A stretch of DNA of 63,991 nt, the filler included, from Ionaspis alba (Eukaryota), in assembly GCA_964255285.1 (NCBI GenBank). It is 4 parts of 4 records of this genome, joined end to end, with 100 filler letters (N's around TTAATTAATTAA, not from the genome) between each part and the next. Parts side by side here need not be neighbours in the genome. Positions count along the whole stretch, not along the records: positions 1 to 17,192 come from CAXUUL010000326.1; positions 17,293 to 34,403 come from CAXUUL010000328.1; 2 more parts are not named here. One strand, written 5' to 3'. Every line of letters begins with the position of its first letter. Position 1 is the stretch's first letter. Below are positions 12,901-25,000 of this stretch, one piece after another. The notes beneath the pieces were generated by a model. That model saw only the letters and a list, made by a program, of their open reading frames with translations, searched no databases and was not told the DNA's origin. The translations under genes were made by a program, and so were the position numbers.

Positions 12901-15386
12901 GTCTGAATAGACACAGGAAAGGCAAGACCAGGAAGATGAGCAGACCCGTGCACACATACCTTAGACGCATTCCCACTTTGTAAGATTCCATTTCTACCAT
13001 TAATTGCAGATCCCGCCTCTGGCCCCAGGGGAGCAGTAGATCCGATAGTGATCTGGGATCCAGCACCACCACGACGCTTCTTGTTTTCTTTTCCAGCGCT
13101 TGGAGGAGGAGCAAAATTCCCAATCGGAGGCATCTTAGTTTCTGGTCGAGGCGTCTGTGTCTGCAGTGAGGGCATATTTGCTATGTATGATGGATCTCCT
13201 CGGACGTTGCTGAGCATGGCCGCGTCTTCGGTGGCTTGTCTAGCAGCTGCTTGAGCCTTGGCCTGTGCAGCTGATTCAGGAAGAAATTGCTTGAAGTCTT
13301 CCAAAAGGTCGGGCGCAGCACTAAACAGCTGAGTCACTTGTGCATAAACGTCTTGTATGGGCTTTGACTCTCGTTGGTAGGTCTGGAGAATTTCTAGAAA
13401 CTGTTTGTAGATTTCTGGCTGTGTTGCAAATCGATTCTTCTAGAAGTCAGCGACCAATACCAGTCCTTCCATAAAGACATACCTTGATTTTGTTCACATA
13501 GCTAATTGCATGATTGAATTCGACAGGACCTCTCTTCTCTAATCCAAGCTGTGATCCTGATGGGAAGCCCATTCCAGCGGCGTTGAGGCCAGCAACAGTT
13601 TGGCTGAGTGGAGTGCCTGATGTCCCACTGGGCGAGGGATGTACCACCGGTGGACGACCAAGGGGATTGTCGTTTGTGGCGCTGATCGCGTTCTGCAGTT
13701 GCGACACACCTTGCTGCTCTTGTTGATGGGCTAGAGCAGCTGCATCCGCCGATGTCAGCTCTTGTTCTCTGGAACCAAAATGGCTCTCGGGACCATGGCC
13801 AGTTGTTGCCTGTTGGCTGTACATCGCCATGGTCTGGGTTCCAAGTCGTGAGTTGGGACTGAAAGGTCCTTCCGAGACATTGTCCGCCTGTCTCGGCTGC
13901 TCCCATGTGCTGTCCAGAGTACGATAACCACTTTCGGTATAGGCATGACGGGGAGACGGGCCAGACGGATCTATCAAATGACCGTTTGTTCCACCATGCA
14001 CGTGGTTATTCAGAGACGTCATTGTAGAGACGGTTGTTCCCATAGGTGTCGTGACACGGATGCTGTTGGGATCATCGTTGGTGCCGCACTCAATCCTGTA
14101 TCCGGGGGGGAGGAAAGTGTTGAATCCCTGAATCAGCTCTGGGTGGCCGGTAAAAAGGGTGGAAACTCTATCGATAACTCCTGGAGTGTCGATTGCTTGA
14201 CTTTTGAAATCCTTCATTATGTCTAGAAATTTGTTGTATACGTCTGGCTGCTCCTGGAAGCGAACTTTGACTTGGTCGAGATAGCTCAATGCATCATTCA
14301 GAATTGGTTGTTGACCTTGCGAAATTGCTGCACCATTGGTAAGGTGTGGAGGTGGTCCAGTGAGTCCTATCAATGGATTCTGAGGCGTACTTTGAACAGG
14401 CTGGAGACTGAACTGGCGTCCAAGCCCATCATGGGACACGCCGTTCGCGAAGACATTGACCGGTCCATTCGGCGCCCCCATGGGAGTCCCTGATTGCGGA
14501 ATGCCTACATTAGGATTGGACGACAGGATACCGTTTGGACCATGCAAAGTGGAGGGTATTCGTGAAGCAATAGGCTGTTGTAGCGGGATCGAAGCTGTAT
14601 GGTTTCCCGATGGAGATCTCTGCTGATCCATAGACCGTCCACCTTGCGGCTCTCGATCTCGATCACGCTCGAGTTGATGGAGCGCATCTTGCTGACGTTG
14701 TCGTTCTTCCATCTCACGCATTTCTGCTTCGCGATATTCGTTGTTGCGATCAGTACCAGAATGCTGCGAAGGTGAATTTCGCATGGCTTGGCTGATACCA
14801 GGTAACGAATATCCAGTACCGTGTTGTGGAACAGAATGGCCTTGCGGTTGATGAGGCGGCATAGGCGGCGATTGTTGCTGCTGATTCGATGATGGGGGAT
14901 GAGAAATTGGACGGGGTGAGGCTTGTGTCAGAGCTGCTAGCGTTGGGAGAGAATTTTCGCTGGACTGGGAGTTGTAGAAAGGACCTGAAAGGGGCACACA
15001 AGGTCAGTTCATGTAGTCTCGAGGCCACACAAAACATCGTGCCCCGTCCAATTTCAGGATTTCGGGACGGACAACAAAATAACTAAACTGCATACCTGGT
15101 TGCAAAGGGCCGCCTATTTGCATCGGTGGTGCATGCTGCATCATGCTGCTTGGCCTACCAAGCTCAGTCAGTCAGTATTTGACTCTCGATCTGCGGGGCG
15201 CGATGAAGGACAATCCACAGCTTGCGCTGTCCCAGTAGGTGGTCTGCGCATAAGACATGGCAGTGTGTAAACATACCCGTAGTTGCCCATCGATCGCTGC
15301 TGAATTTGGCTATGTAGGCCAGAGCTGGTTGACGGAGCGCCAGGCCCCGTCGTTGGCTGCCAGCCATTGCCATTCTGTGGATCCAT
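9976..15386 (-). CDS. SIN3: Sin3 transcriptional corepressor (PAH domains, HDAC-interaction domain)
   Basis: PAH1 [13 protein letters not shown]...[16 protein letters not shown]2 [17 protein letters not shown]3 [23 protein letters not shown]...[19 protein letters not shown]. Multi-exon; the start at 15386 (MDPQNGNGW) is inferred from the splice pattern. Confidence 0.95.
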
Positions 15387-16380
15387 AGCTTTATTCACCT
15401 TAGTTGGTGGTGGCCTGCTATGAGGAACGACGGTGTTAGGTTCCTCAGTCCGTGAGGGATAGGAGGAGCTACACTTACCTAACACAACAGCAGGTAGGTC
15501 TCTTTGAATGGCTTCAAGCCAATATGGTGCTTTTGAATGGATATTTTGTGGTTCTGTGGGGGTTGCGACAGAGGTGAAGAAAGCTGGGGAAATGCTGGAT
15601 CACCACTTCAACTGCGCATTAGGAAGCAGCTATTCATCAGAAGTCGTAAGAAGAGTGAAGTGAATACCGAGTCGAGGACTTAAACAATAGAGACGATGTG
15701 GTTGAGTAGAATGAATAGACAAATTGTGACTGAAACGATGGAGGAGACACTAATGACACTCTTTGGCAAGTACGTCGACAGCTTCTGCTTTCTCGTGACG
15801 ATGACCTTCACCCACAAGTTCCCCTTTGAGCGCGCCTGCGCTAGTCCAGCGTCATCAGTGGCACTAGCGTGTGCATGTGCGGCAACTTCCGCCGATCCCC
15901 GATCCGATCTCCAATATGCCGAGGAAGTTGGAGATATTATCATCAACTTGACCGCAGCCTGCGCATATATGATGAATTTCTAGCAACAGGTTGACTACTA
16001 GGGACAACACCAGGCTAGCAGAACATCCGATGCTTCTATGCTATCTGGTGCTTAGTACGCTCGACACAAATCCTCTAAGTAAGGGTCACAACGGAAGCTT
16101 AACAAGAAGATTAATAACTCCTATCGACTAACGTATGGCTCATGCTACGTCTCATTTTGTGTAACCACTTCCTCTCCCAGATCACTCTGACGTTTGCTAC
16201 TACAATGCGAAGAAAGCCCATTCAATAACCAGTACATCCACCCACCTATGTCCAAAGAGCTAATGAATCAGAGCCCATTCGATGTGGATAATTATTTCGT
16301 CTATAGATCCCGAATGACTAATCTCCCCAAAGCAACGCCGAAGTCAAGCCCTCATCTCAATATCAGTATGGAATTCATTG

Positions 16381-17081
16381 CTACGATTGACCCAACACTC
16401 CCTGGATAACCCAGACTTCTCCGTTGGAGACTTGACTAGCGACATTTGATACCTCGATGTTCCCGGGCTGAATCTGAGGCCGAGTCAGCATCTGTCTGTT
16501 GGTGGCTCATCCAGAGAATAACGCACGAGTCTCTTTCCATCTCTTTTGTCCCACCAGATCTTTTGCCCACCGATCGTCTCGGCCTTGTCCCCTTCTTTCC
16601 AGGGGCTAACTGGTACTACATGCGCCTCCACGAACCTCCTCAGATTCCTGTGAGCTCTATCTTCACCCTCCGCACCTTCGTATGCCTGGGAGCCTAGCAC
16701 TCCGTAGTCCTTGGGGTCCTCCCACGGCTTGCGTGCAAGTTTTTGTAGCTCGGAGTTCAGGGGCGCCAGCACCGTGGTGTTAGAAGTTGCATCGTCGAGG
16801 CGCTTGGAGATGGTGTCGATGTCTCGTGTAAAGCCGGCGAAGATATTGATCACCCGCTCTTTACCGATAACATCCGAGATCGTAAGGTCACCGGAGCCCT
16901 CTCCATTCTTGCTGCCAGAGGTTGGTGGGAGGACGATGTTAGGCATATCTATGATGGGCTTCTCCTTGCCCTGGAGAGGAGCGGGGGGTGACTGAAAGAT
17001 TCGTGGTAGGATCAGCTGTGAGAGGATTGGTGAGACTTGCACACTAAGTACAACACAGAACATGAGCAGTGAGCTCTTCAT
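16381..17081 (-). CDS. Secreted FAS1 (fasciclin)-domain protein
   Basis: Signal peptide MKSSLLMFCVVLSVQVSP; motifs TVLAPLNS, RKPWEDP, NLRRFVEAHVVP. Intron 16526-16474, then last exon IQPGNIEV...NGEVWVIQGVL and TAG at 16383-16381. Confidence 0.85.
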
Positions 17082-17192
17082 ACTGATCCTCAATTCGTGA
17101 GATCAACAGTTGTGATGCATACATTGAAATTGCTGGTAGTGGTAGTGATTAATCACCATGACGTTGTGCTAAGGCGACTTTCACAGGGCTGA

Positions 17193-17292
17193 NNNNNNNN
17201 NNNNNNNNNNNNNNNNNNNNNNNNNNNNNNNNNNNNTTAATTAATTAANNNNNNNNNNNNNNNNNNNNNNNNNNNNNNNNNNNNNNNNNNNN
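17193..17292. other. Assembly gap with artificial linker (44 N + TTAATTAATTAA + 44 N)
   Basis: Directly visible. The linker places stop codons in all six frames. Confidence 0.97.
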
Positions 17293-17369
17293 ACATCGCA
17301 AGCCCAATTGCTCACCGGCGCGCCTGCATCGAGTGTACTCGCGGTTTCAGCAAGCATAGAATCTCTGTA

Positions 17370-18952
17370 ATGGAAGTTCCTGACACAGCTCGATGTCTCC
17401 AGAGACGTCGTGCTCATGAAGACCGAGTGTTGGCTAGTCTCCCAACCGCCGTTCTACCGCACACCCGCCGTCTCAAAGCAGCCACAGCAGCCCTCCTTGA
17501 GCATCTTCCGGACCGTGGCCTCGGTCTCGGGGCGACCACTAATCATCTGCTACAGCATATTTCCAAGGGTCTCAACGCTTCGAGTCTTTCTCCCAATTAC
17601 TACGGCTTCGTTACTTGGGGCGCGACTCCTGCGTCAAGAACTCGCCGATGGACTGGTTACGTTGTATGATCAAAATGTGTCGGTCCATTTACCAGACCAG
17701 ACTGTAGCTACGGTAGTGGAGGATCGAGCTTTGAAGATGTTGATGGAGTTGATAGACCTTCCACCAGCAGAGTGGCCGCGTAGGACTTTTACCACTGGGG
17801 CTACGGCGAATAATATTTTCGGCCTGGCTTGTGGTCGAGACTTCGTTCTCACTCAAGCTCTTCGACGTGTTTCTGGAGATCTGAATGCAGTCGGCGAAGT
17901 CGGCATGCTTCAAGCACGCAAGATGGCTGGAATCGAGCAAATACAGGTGCTTACCGGTATGCCGCACTCTTCGGTGCGAAAAGCGGCAAGTATCGTCGGG
18001 CTCGGGCGGGCATCCATTGTAGATATTGCTAGAGATGAATCGGGGCTTACCCTCGACATGAGGAAGCTCGAAAACGAGTTGAGCCGTGCAAGATTTGCTT
18101 CCATAGTGGTAATTTCCTGCGGGGAGGTTAACACGGCAGCATTTGCCACTAGTCGGAGGGAAGAGGTTACAGAGATTAAGAGACTCTGCGATCGGTATAA
18201 TGCTTGGATTCATGTAGATGGCAGTAAGTATCAATGTTACCTTGTAATGCATGGCATGCATGTTGAGCGATATGGTAGCCTTCGGGATCTTTGCTAGAGC
18301 TTTGAGAGGCCCAGAGTTCGAAGGAGTAGCAAGTGGAGCTCACTTCATGGAGCTCGCCCATTCGATTACTGGAGACGGTCACAAGCTTCTCAATGTCCCT
18401 TACGATTGCGGTTTCTTCCTCTGTCGGGACCCAGACGTGGCACAACGGGTTTTTCGAAATCACAATGCAGCTTACCTCGATACACGGGGACATTACCAGG
18501 ACGGCATACCGCCTCCACTCAATATTGGCATAGAGAATTCGAGACGTTTCCGAGGTTTGCCGGTCTACGCCACGCTGATGGCATATGGTCGCGCTGGATA
18601 TGTAGACATACTTGAGCGCCAGATTCGATTTGCCCGAGCTGTGGCGGGCTTCATCGAGAATCATGAGATGCTGGATCTATTGCCAGAGTACTTGCAAGGC
18701 TCTCAAACGGCAATACAGAACGTGTACATTGTTGTCCTCTTCAGAGCGAACGACGCAAAACTCAATCAACAGCTTGTTCAGAGGATCAATGCCACCTCGA
18801 GAATGTACGTTTCTGGAACAATATGGAAACATGAACCTGCATGTCGAATTGCAGTTTCAAACTGGCAAGTTGAGATGCATAGAGACCTTGCAATCGTGCA
18901 GGAAGTGCTAGAAGGTGTCCTGCTGAGCTGGCAAATACAGACTTCACAATAG
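17370..18952 (+). CDS. Group II PLP-dependent amino-acid decarboxylase; one frameshift as assembled
   Basis: NYYGFVT(W)GATPA lies in one frame, while LADGLVTLYDQNV, TFTTGATANN, HSSVRKAASIVGLG and WIHVDG lie in the next. Intron 18224-18278. PLP-lysine motif SITGDGHKLLNVPYDCG is intact. Confidence 0.85.
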
Positions 18953-19098
18953 AGACAAATCGAAAGTTGCTGATAAGTTTGGCCTTTTGTCCTATGGGCT
19001 TTGTCCTATGACCTCCCTCATCATCCCGTGCAATGACTACTTCTTCAAGCTTACCAGCAGACGATTAGTAGACCTTGTAATTGTGGCACAACTGGCGA

Positions 19099-21535
19099 TT
19101 ACCGCCGTCGCATACCCCCAATTTGATCGCTCCCACGGTCTACCATACTTACAACCTCACCTATACCTGCTTCTTCCTGTTGGTCTTCCAACACCGTAAT
19201 CTCCTCCCTAGAATCCCACCACTTAGCTTCAGCGACCTCGAAAGCCTTCTTCCGCAACTCCTTCACAGAATCATGAGAGCCATCGTCAGCCTCCCTGGGT
19301 TCGAGTACTAGCTCCTGCCAAGCATTTGATGTGCGGGCGAAGAAATCGCGTAGACTCTCGAAAGGTCGTGGGTGAGGACGGGTGTCTCGGATGGCAGATT
19401 CCTGCTGCTCCTCTTCTATGGTCGATGTACCTGTTTCTTCCGAGTTGCTCTCAGGATGGGATAATGCACCTAGTGATTCGTCTTTGGGCAGTATCACACC
19501 ACTTGAGCTTTCACCATCCATGTCCTCATCCTCAGAATACTCAACTTCCTCCTCTGAATCGGTATCTTCACAGTCACTGCCATGCCAATTCTCCAACTCT
19601 TTCCGGAAAATCTCCTTTATTCCATCGAGCTTGCCAAGATCCACAGCATACATCTCATCGAACGTATATTCTCTATCTCCATGCTCATAGGTACCTCCGA
19701 AGATATAGAGAGTATCGTCTTGCACTGCAAGTTGCGCATTGAATCTAGCATGAGGCATTGTCATCAGCACGGGTTGGACTGCCTTCACCGAATCCTCGTC
19801 TTTGTTCTCTGCCACGTCGATGTCCATTGCGTCAGTGTTCGCAATGGATCCGGTGGTTTCTAACGCTGCGAGATTCCTTAGAAGCTCTTCTTCATCGGCC
19901 TTGCCTCTGCCTCGCTTGATGTTTCCGCGATCCGTGGTTTGCTGTTTCTTCGAAACATTGCGTGGGCGTCGTAAGGTGAGAGGGAAGAATCTGTTGCGCT
20001 CGATGTTCCAGGCGAAGAGTGTGTCAAAAAATTCACTATCGATGCCCTCGTCGCTTTCTTCAACGTCGTGTACGCCGCCAAAGCTTTCCCCGGTTAGACA
20101 ACTCGTCTTTCCAAAAATATGTCGTAGGAGCTCACAGTATGCCGCGTCCTTTATGGTAAGCCATGGTGGCCCCTGCACGGGGAGGGTTTGGCTGATTTGC
20201 GGGCCGTTTTCGCCGTTCCCAGCGAACTTGAGGTGCGGCACTGGCCGGGTAATCCAAAGACGGCTGCAAAATTCGTAGAAACCAGGTGTCCTGGTGGATC
20301 AGTGGCTTCAGAATTGAGCGAATGCCTTGAGTACCGCCTTTCGTGTATTTACCGGCGGGAGCGTTCGTTTTGACGCGTGAGTACCCTCCGTAGATGACAG
20401 CTCCTGACTCGTGGGGAAGAAAAGAGAAGGACGATCGAGCATCAGGCTTCTGTGTTGCTGGAGGCAGTACAGGATTATGCCACACATAATTTTGGCAATC
20501 GTAAATCCAAAGATCTTGGAGATATCTCGTTTGCTGAGACGTGTCCTGGAAACCCCCGTAAACCACGATGTAGTTCTCAATTTCATTTTAGTACATATCA
20601 AGGCGCTTTGGATATCGAATCTTTCGAGACTTACCTTGAAGTACGTCATCCGGTGTCCACTTCTCGCTGGCGGTCCTTTTCCCTTCACTTCGATTCTTGT
20701 CCACTCTCGGGTGGAGGGGTCTAACCGCCAGAAGTCATTGTAGTGGTAGAAAGTTCCCTGTTTTGGAGATGAGAACTCCCCTGCGTGCCTTAACTCAGCT
20801 CTCATTTTGGATCATGATGAGCCCTTATTGGAGAAATACCACCAAATATATATATTCCGCCAGCATTTCCTCCTCGACACCACGCATGGCCACTTCTTGG
20901 CAGCGGACTGTTAGGACTCGTAACTTTTCTCCATTCTCCTCTATCAATAAGATAGATATATAAATCATTGAAAAAAGTGGCCACTACACCATCGTAATAC
21001 TCTCCGCCGAACAGGAACAGCTCGTTCGAGTTCGACGGCGAACCAATCAGAGTTGCTGAGGCTCGGGCTGAAGGCGGTTCACAAGCGAGCTCCGTCACCT
21101 TCAGGAATTGGGCTTGCTATGCAGCAACAAATAATCAAGATTAGCTTGAGTGGCTATTTACAAAGTCTTGTTCTACTTAGTACTCAAGCAATTGGAATAA
21201 GTGATATTGACATCCTCGTTCGAAGGAGACCTACGTGTGTCCTCTCTCTTGGTAGCGCTGCAAACTAGCAAGGTGGATGAAAAAATTTCAATGCTCTCAG
21301 ATACTTGGACGATATCGCAGTAAGGGACATGGCCGCCGAAGAGTTGTATACTGTAGAAACATACCTGCTTAGCATATGCTTCGAGCACACTTTCTAAGTC
21401 GACATCATCACCGTTACTGTCGTCAGCACTCTTCGACTTAATCTTCTTTTCCTTCTGGGCGGCTTTCTTGCTCTGCTTGGCGGCCACTCGTGCCTTTTGC
21501 TCGGCAGTCTTGGATTTCTTGTCCTTTTTGGCCAT
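19099..21535 (-). CDS. KEL3: Kelch-repeat protein Kel3/KLHDC4-like with acidic C-terminal (DUF4110-type) domain
   Basis: Lys-rich N-terminus MAKKDKKSK. Kelch repeats LFLFGGEY, PLPRSGHAW, PPARSGHRM, YGGFQD. C-terminal PHPRPFESLRDFFART. Four introns including 21364-21117. Confidence 0.9.
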
Positions 21536-21888
21536 TTTGCGGAAGATAGCAACAAGTGGTGGGACTAGGACAACGTGTGGACTTCAGGCCGACGTTTCAC
21601 TTGGCTCCTAGCAGGGCAGCTCCCAAATGGTCTTTTTTGGTCGGACCAAATCTGCTTGCTTATCTGGCTGAGACTGGTGCCACGATTGATGGAGAGTAAG
21701 ATCACTTAACATATCCCGCTGGAACCAGAAGCTATCTGAGAATGGGAGCAAAAGAACCGTATGGAGCAGAAAGATGCAACAACGGACCACCGCTCAGGGT
21801 TATCTGGAGGTAGTGCCATAGTGATTAGGTCCTTCAAATCAAACAAACCTGAGACTATTTGTATGAGAGTCGAGGTTAGCGTGATGGA

Positions 21889-21926
21889 ACGCGCGCGGCC
21901 GGACTGTGTAGAACGCAACGACGCGT
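21889..21926. promoter_or_regulatory. Candidate MCB (MluI cell-cycle box) elements in the divergent KEL3/SGS1 promoter
   Basis: ACGCGT at 21921-21926 and ACGCGCGCG at 21889-21897, about 130-165 nt upstream of the RecQ ATG. Confidence 0.45.
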
Positions 21927-22054
21927 TACAATTGTTTGACACGTCAAATATCTCAGACACCCTAGACTACTTCTCAGCAACAGTGGGGTGGTTTTCGATA
22001 TCCTTTGGCCGATACACAGGTGTGCTCTCGATGGAACAACAATGACTGAAGTCC

Positions 22055-25000
22055 ATGACGAAGAACAATCTCAAAGAAAATCTGAACTGGCTCTTGTGCT
22101 CGAAACCTTTTGCGCCGCTTTCACCAGATACCCCACCAATAACTGCAACAGCTTCAAACTACCTTGTTCCTTCGCAGCACACACCAGAAGTGCCCGCCCT
22201 TGAAACACTGGCAGAGAACTCCCGACCAGGAATTAGTGCTTATAGAAATGTCCTCGAGGTCAGACAGGAACACCATTTTATACGGCCGGCTTTACCTGCT
22301 CGAGCGCTCAGCAATATCGACCTCGAGGACATGGCACGGCTGCAATCGGGAGCAAAGGCGAGCCACAAAAGCCTACTGATCAGCCAAACTGGTCTGAGCT
22401 CCTTTCCTACGTCCACTCCTGAGACTCCTTGTACTCATAGAATATCTTTGCGGGACCAGTACAGTGCCGCATGCCTGCAAGATGAAACAGGTGAGGCTTT
22501 TCTTCCTGAACAGAACCGATGTCCTGACACATCTAGGGCCCCCTGTAGAGTCGAAGATACCTAAGAGTACTAAAACACGAACATCGCCAGATTTTGCAGG
22601 TTCTAAGTTAGAGTCGACATCTTGTGAAGCCATTAATACGCGGGATCACGATGCACGCCCTGCTTCTTCATCGAGCACTGTCGAAGCGTTCGGCGAACCT
22701 CGACCTATATGGAGAGAGGATTCGGCTTCTCGTACAGAGCCTATTTCGAAAAGAGGAAGGAAGAGGAAGAGTGACGAGATGAACCATGGGCCCTCTGTCC
22801 GTCAGCAGCGGAACGGCTACGTCACTGTGCCTGCTCAAGGATCGCAGGGCAGTTTCATAGTGATTGATGATATTCCTGAGGACGAACCACCACCTTACTC
22901 CACTAACCCAGCCCTACCTGTGGGCAGTTCTCCCCAGCCTGACCGGTACCATGTTTACAGCGGTGAGCACGAAGTCCATACCACGATTGGCGAGCTACTG
23001 GACACCTCTGAGACTCAAAAGTCGAGTCCTGCAGATACCAAGGACCATCAGATGGCACAGTCACCTCAGCATGCCGCCACCAACGCATTGCCAAAGTCAC
23101 AGACATCCCTTGCTTCCCATCGTCCATCACAGTTGAGGTCTACTGGAAAGCCCCTAGCCACAGCCCCCAAACTGCGCATCAACGCTGTTGCAGATTCCGA
23201 AGAAGACGAGGAAGACGTCATGTGGGACGATTTGCATAGTCCAAGCCGTCTTCGGACGGTTTCAAAATCGATGTCCACATCAGAGAATACTACCTATCCA
23301 GAACTTCCGGAGCTCGAAGACGATACTGGTACCCTGACTCATGGCATGAAGATCCAGGGGAGCCGCTCGATCGAAAAGGAGGACATAGTGTCCAGTCTTG
23401 AAGTTCAACGCATTTTTCCAAACTCCAAAGTCAATGCTTCTCCTTATCAGCGTGACTCTCCTACCAAAGTCTCACCTACACAAACTAACCCTCAGCTGTC
23501 ACAGACGGATGACCTCAAACTGTCATTGGACGTGACCGAGCTGGCTGAACTCAACTCTTTCCTCGAGAGTCCTCAGCGAATCGAAGATGTTCTGAGTTCT
23601 GCTGTGCAGGAACAAGAATCCGTGGCTCAAGACGTTCTGGAGCTTATGTTGGAGGGCCTGAGCAATCCCGAGCTACAAAGGCGGGCTGCATCATTACGTG
23701 TTAAGATTGACAATCTGAGTCGTCTCCTTCAGCTTCGGCAGGAACACATTGAGCTCTTCCTACTCAGGAAGGATCTCAAGGCCAGAATGATCGTAGCTAT
23801 CAAGCACAATAGTCTTTCTGACCATTCTGGAGACGTAGAGGCGATCCGAATGGCCAATGCGAGAATACCAGAGATTGAGCGCGAGATTTTCGATTTGATG
23901 ACCGCCGAACTAGAAGGACTTGGAAAACAAATCTATGGTATGACTGGCATGGTACCCATATCAAGTATCAAGAAGTCTTCTGTGGTAGTTCAGTCAACTC
24001 AAATGCCTGGCGATATACAGCATGCAACCATTACTCGCCAAAAAGCTCAATCTTCAGGTACGATAGCGCGCACACAATGCATTGAGCAGACGCAGGAGCA
24101 TCCCGATCCCCCGTGGACACCACGAAAGGCGCTTCAGTATCAAAGCAAGGCGGCTAGTCTACATGAACTGAAGAACCCTGGTTTTCTGACTGCCAATGCG
24201 CAAGACTTTCATCAACCTTCTCCCACTCGAAGGTCTCCACTTCGTACCTATACAACACCCAAGGGACCTCTCGATGCGAACTTGTATTTTTCTCCTAGTA
24301 AGCAAAGAACAAGTGCCCTACCCAGCTTCGGCAGAGAATCCGAATTATATCAAGAGCATCGGATGGATGTCCACGCGGATGAGGAATATGAAGCAGAAGA
24401 AGAAATAGAAGAATCCCTGTTTACAAAGCAGATGGGAAGTCCACTGAAGTCGGCCGCTGATGGTGAAGAATTCGGCACGGACGAGGACGATGAAGATATA
24501 CTCGAGGCTGTCGAACAGCTCGAACATCCCCACAACTTCATGTTATCGAAGCAGTTGTTCGAAGAGAGAGCCGTCTTTGCAGAGACTACTGGGAACGCAG
24601 CCAGAACACGGTCACCAAAGAACTCAGCCTTCACAGCCCGAGGCGTACACGATTCGCTGCAATATCCCTGGTCTCAAGAGCTGAAGGCAGCGATGAAGGA
24701 TCGATTTCACTTGCGCGGCTTCCGCCCCAACCAGCTCGAGGCTATTAATGCGACTCTCAGCGGCAAAGATGCATTCGTACTGATGCCTACAGGAGGTGGG
24801 AAATCCTTGTGTTATCAACTTCCTTCGATCATCGCTGGTGGCAATAGTCGAGGCGTGACAGTTGTTATCTCGCCGCTACTGAGCTTGATGCAGGATCAGG
24901 TGGATCATCTACAGAAATTGAGAATACAAGCGTTGCTCATCAACAGCGAGGTCAGCAGTGAGCATCGTCGTCTGGTTCTGGACGCCTTGCGCAAACCAGA

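Noticed and set aside
17237..17248. TTAATTAATTAA repeated three times in the window as a biological repeat or transposon target site
   Set aside because: It is always centred in exactly 44+44 Ns, so it is an artificial scaffolding linker.
17370..18952. Decarboxylase, GT90 and mtfA as a secondary-metabolite cluster
   Set aside because: There is no PKS, NRPS, terpene synthase or transporter, and the genes are far apart among housekeeping genes.
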